Part shown: positions 60,780 to 64,000 of the stretch, in pieces
Numbering within the stretch: the first letter of the stretch is position 1
How the letters are laid out: every line of letters starts with the position of its first letter
DNA from: Botryllus schlosseri
Taxonomy: Eukaryota
Assembly: GCA_051294905.1 (NCBI GenBank)
Contig: CM119372.1
Span: forward strand, 27,220,001-27,284,000
Length of the DNA stretch: 64,000 nucleotides
Direction: 5' to 3'
Made by a program: the position numbers and the translations under genes
The notes under the pieces: generated by a model
What the model was told of the DNA's origin: nothing
The model's input: the letters and a program-made list of their open reading frames with translations, nothing else
Database searches by the model: none

Positions 60780-61428
60780 GTTTTTTCGCCTGGACGCGTG
60801 AAGCGCGAAAATTTTCTGTAATTCATGATTGAATCGGTCAATATGATCGGGAATTACATATCTATTGCCATCAATTTTTATCCTCTCTCTGCTCACGTAA
60901 TCAGTTTTACAGGTAGAGCCGAGGGAGATGTATTTGAAAAGGTAGGGCCCCTCAATAATAATTAAACATATTTGTGCATATACCCGTTGGCAGGAACGAA
61001 ACAGCACTTCGTCAGCCCCCCCCCAAAAATAGTAAACTTGGGTCGTCGGCACCCATAGGGTGATAAGCCTACCCGTATCACCTTGTTCGCTATTGCCACG
61101 AAACTAGTTGTACTGTTAAGTGAGCCAGCGCGAAGCGCGAAAATTACATATATATTGCTATCAATTTCTTGACCTCGCTGCTCACGTAATCAGATTTACC
61201 GGTAGAGCTGAGTGAGGTGTCTTGGAAACTGTAGGGCCCATTAGTATGATTCCGTAACATGTTATCTCGTGCCCTCCTGTCGGCTATATCAAAAAAATAT
61301 AGAATAGCCCAAACGTAGGCTTCTAAACTAAGAGACGCACACGATTTCAAACTGGTATTTCTTCACTGGAATATAATTTTTCCCTACGGGATGGTATTTG
61401 TCTCGTGAGGTTCAGATTGCCAAGACAG
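60780..61428. mobile_element. Terminus-less fragment of the internal module shared by families A and C
   Basis: Collinear with ~31135-32115: ...CAGATTTACCGGTAGAGCTGAGTGAGGTGTCTTGGAAAC...TTCAGATTGCCAAGACAG. It lacks the 185-bp MITE insertion. Confidence 0.75.
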
Positions 61429-63335
61429 TATTTTGTATATCTAACAAAGTTCAATACACCACAAAATTGCGACACAATGAAATGATAGGACGGTGCCGAA
61501 ACGACTTGAAGTAGTCTTTGAAATCAGGCACCCACCTTGGCATAGACGATGTAAAGAGAACGCATTGCACACTGAATGAAAAGTAAAAAGAAGATAATTT
61601 AAAAAGCAAGCGACAAAATGAGGTGACATGTCAGGGAAGGCGACAAAATGAGGTGACATGTCACGGAAGGCGACATAACAATGTAAAAATAAAAAAGGAA
61701 CGTTAGGCAAAGTCAACTGTACTGGTGGTCATAACAATGAGACGAGAGAACATCCAATCATACAATACACAGCATAGGAGTTGAACACACAATTAGGGGT
61801 TAGCCGGATATATTATTGGGAGATCTTAAGATTATATAGAAATACATTTTGCCGTCATAAATAAGGATTGGTCATCTGACTCCAATACAGACGAATGGAA
61901 TGCAGATGGACATTTGTCAATCACAGTGAACATATCGTCAATGTTATGACTGGCCCAGACCGGATAGTTCATTAGATGTTGGCCGATTAATGAAATGAGT
62001 GTTTGTGACCTGGTTCTAGGAACAAGAGTCGCCCACTTCTCTGCAGCAACGAACAAGCCGAGAACGATCCATCGGTTGATTGATTGAGCTAATGGATTTG
62101 GGAACATACTGTTTCACCCGATGTATAACAGGCAGATGCAAAATTAATGGTGATCACATGCGAAGCTAAAAATATGCAGCACGTACCAGTAATACTAAAT
62201 TGCTGTCAATTTTTGGTATACTCTACAGTCGGGCTACCATATTTTCGTGGCCGGAAATCTTCAGCACAGGGGTCACCAACCATTTCGAAATCAGATGCTA
62301 CATCTAGGGTACAGATTAATGCGAATGGCTACCACTTATTCTCGCCGTTTGCCCATGTGTGACTGACTTTTTAAACTTTGACATTTTTGACCGGATAGAG
62401 ACCGGATTCATACATGCTGATAACGTCGGATCCGGATCGTCGTTTTCTGTTACCGCCGGATGATTAGGGAGTAGTGTGCAGGATTTAGCTAGATCCATGT
62501 GGATATTGGCAGAGTTATTTTATTTTTGGCCGGAGCCGGATTGAAGCCGGATTCGATTTGAAAAAAACAGGATTGAGTGAGACTTGGAAATTTGGCGATC
62601 TTCCCGCACTATAGATGATCACTCTTATGGCCACACGAGAGCTCATATTATCCGCGACAATATAAAGTCCTAAATGCACATAACAATAGAATATCTGGCG
62701 AATATAGTCTTGCATAGACATCCGGCAACATGCCTTGCCAAGCAGATGAAGCAATTGATGCTAACGATCTCATGAGCTCTTCATTCGTTGAAGTCTCTAA
62801 TTACAACGATTCATAAATACCATCGTCAATGTAGCGGAAATTAGGATACGGAGCTTTATGAAATTTGAGTCTTTGGAATTATGCATGTGACATATGAACG
62901 TAATTGAATTAATCTGCTCATTACTCACTAAAAGTTGGCAATCCGTGTCTACCAGGATGTCAGTGCCATGTCGCCGATGAAAATTAGAGCTCCAATAACT
63001 AGAAACCCATGCGATGAAATGCAGAGAATACGACTGCAAGCCCCTTAGATATATTGAAGGTGTATATTTACAATTTTGGAGTGTGATGGGCTTTTAATAA
63101 GGTGGTTAGAGGTAAGTGTACGGCTGCTTTCGTTCCAAGTGTATTCATTACTCAAAATAATCATTAATCGCCTACGCCCTATTCATTGTTTAACCCGAAT
63201 GAGCCGTTCCAATGTCCCTCACATATGTGTCACTGAATTATTTAAATTTAATTACATATATTTGGCTACGAGTCGTCACTAAGGCTACACCCAACGATTC
63301 GAGTAATATAATGTCCTTCGAGTATATATTGTCAT

Positions 63336-64000
63336 TAGGGATGGTGTGAACGTGAGGTTCACGTTCGCGTTTTGTGTGTGAACCTCGGAAATTTAGATGT
63401 TCGCGTTCACAAAAGAACCTTAGTAGGTTCCAGAGATGAGCATGGATTAGGATTTGAAAAAACAGGATTTGTGAAATTTTGTCGGATTTGGATTGGATTA
63501 GGATTAGAGATTTTTTCTGAACGGATTAGGATTTGGATTGGATTTACCGATTTTCTGGGAGATTGATATGGCGTGCGGCGAATGGCGACAAACTTTATTC
63601 AGATCAGTTATTAATTTATTTCTGGTACATTACGCTATGGTACATTCGGTGCTAATGAGCATGAGAGGTGCAGCCCTATGCCAAGTTATCTTAATTCAAG
63701 AGAATTGTTGGTTGTGAAAGAAAAGTTTCCAATTCCTTCTCTGGATTAGGATTCGGATTGGGACTTGAAGCTTCGGATTTGGATTGGATTAGCACATAGA
63801 AATTCCAAATCCGCTCATCTCTGGTAGGTTCTGCACTGTGAAGCTTTTTCATTTATTACAATTTTCACGTCATTATAACATCTTTGGTTGAAATTCTTAG
63901 CCTGGCGCTGACAGCACAACAATAAATTCGACATTAAACGAGCCTTGCCAATTTCAAATATTTTACGTGCTTCGTTACACATGTTTGCCCGAAATATTCA
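63336..64000. mobile_element. GTGAAC-family MITE (inverted relative to 20576-21503) running off the window end
   Basis: Starts TAGGGATGGTGTGAACGTGAGGTTCACGTTCGCG, the reverse complement of the right end of 20576-21503. Confidence 0.8.
63431..63823. mobile_element. GGATT-rich hAT-type MITE nested in the GTGAAC MITE
   Basis: TIRs CAGAGATGAGC...GCTCATCTCTG; perfect TSD GTAGGTTC. Confidence 0.92.

Larger units (their letters stand above)
59100..63045 (-). pseudogene. Possible decayed NLR-like (NACHT-associated and LRR) exons
   Basis: Exon-like, non-repetitive minus-strand segments: ELMRSLASIASSAWQGML (~62780-62720), INRWIVLGLFVAA (~62075) and LRR-like LTANKIVGVLGGVLLWQNCKSLSQVL (~59230-59150). 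There is a GTGAGT donor at ~62928. Stops and frameshifts are present. Confidence 0.25.

Noticed and set aside
61610..61675. 30-bp tandem repeat GCGACAAAATGAGGTGACATGTCA.GGAAG
   Set aside because: Only about two copies; an ordinary local duplication with no further structure.

Overview
Eukaryotic, repeat-dense, AT-rich animal DNA. GT-AG introns and the gene and transposon types suggest an invertebrate deuterostome, possibly a tunicate, but that is inference. Host-gene material: (1) the first coding exon of an Mcl-1-like Bcl-2 family gene (minus, 396-869); (2) five spliced exons encoding TM4 to the C-terminus of an LGR/GRL101/relaxin-receptor-like GPCR (plus, 9911-14685), with no 5' half visible in the window; (3) a terminal exon resembling the C-terminal half of an X8/CBM43 beta-1,3-glucan-binding domain (minus, 40299-40514); (4) possible decayed NLR-like exons near 59-63 kb. 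Mobile DNA dominates. There is an apparently intact I-group (Nimb-like) non-LTR retrotransposon with a 13-bp TSD about 1.3 kb upstream of the Mcl-1-like ATG, more than 15 hAT-type non-autonomous elements (many with verifiable 8-bp TSDs, often nested), tRNA-derived SINEs, and transposase remnants. The most hidden feature is a ~7-kb block (44837-51701) that the ORF track misses. Read by hand across frameshifts on the minus strand, it gives ordered, degenerate protein-primed DNA polymerase B motifs, an AGT-type terminus with subterminal repeats, a 41-42-bp minisatellite and a possible stand-alone PIF1-like helicase. It is interpreted as a fossil Polinton/Maverick-type element. All family assignments come from manual motif recognition; no database searches were run.
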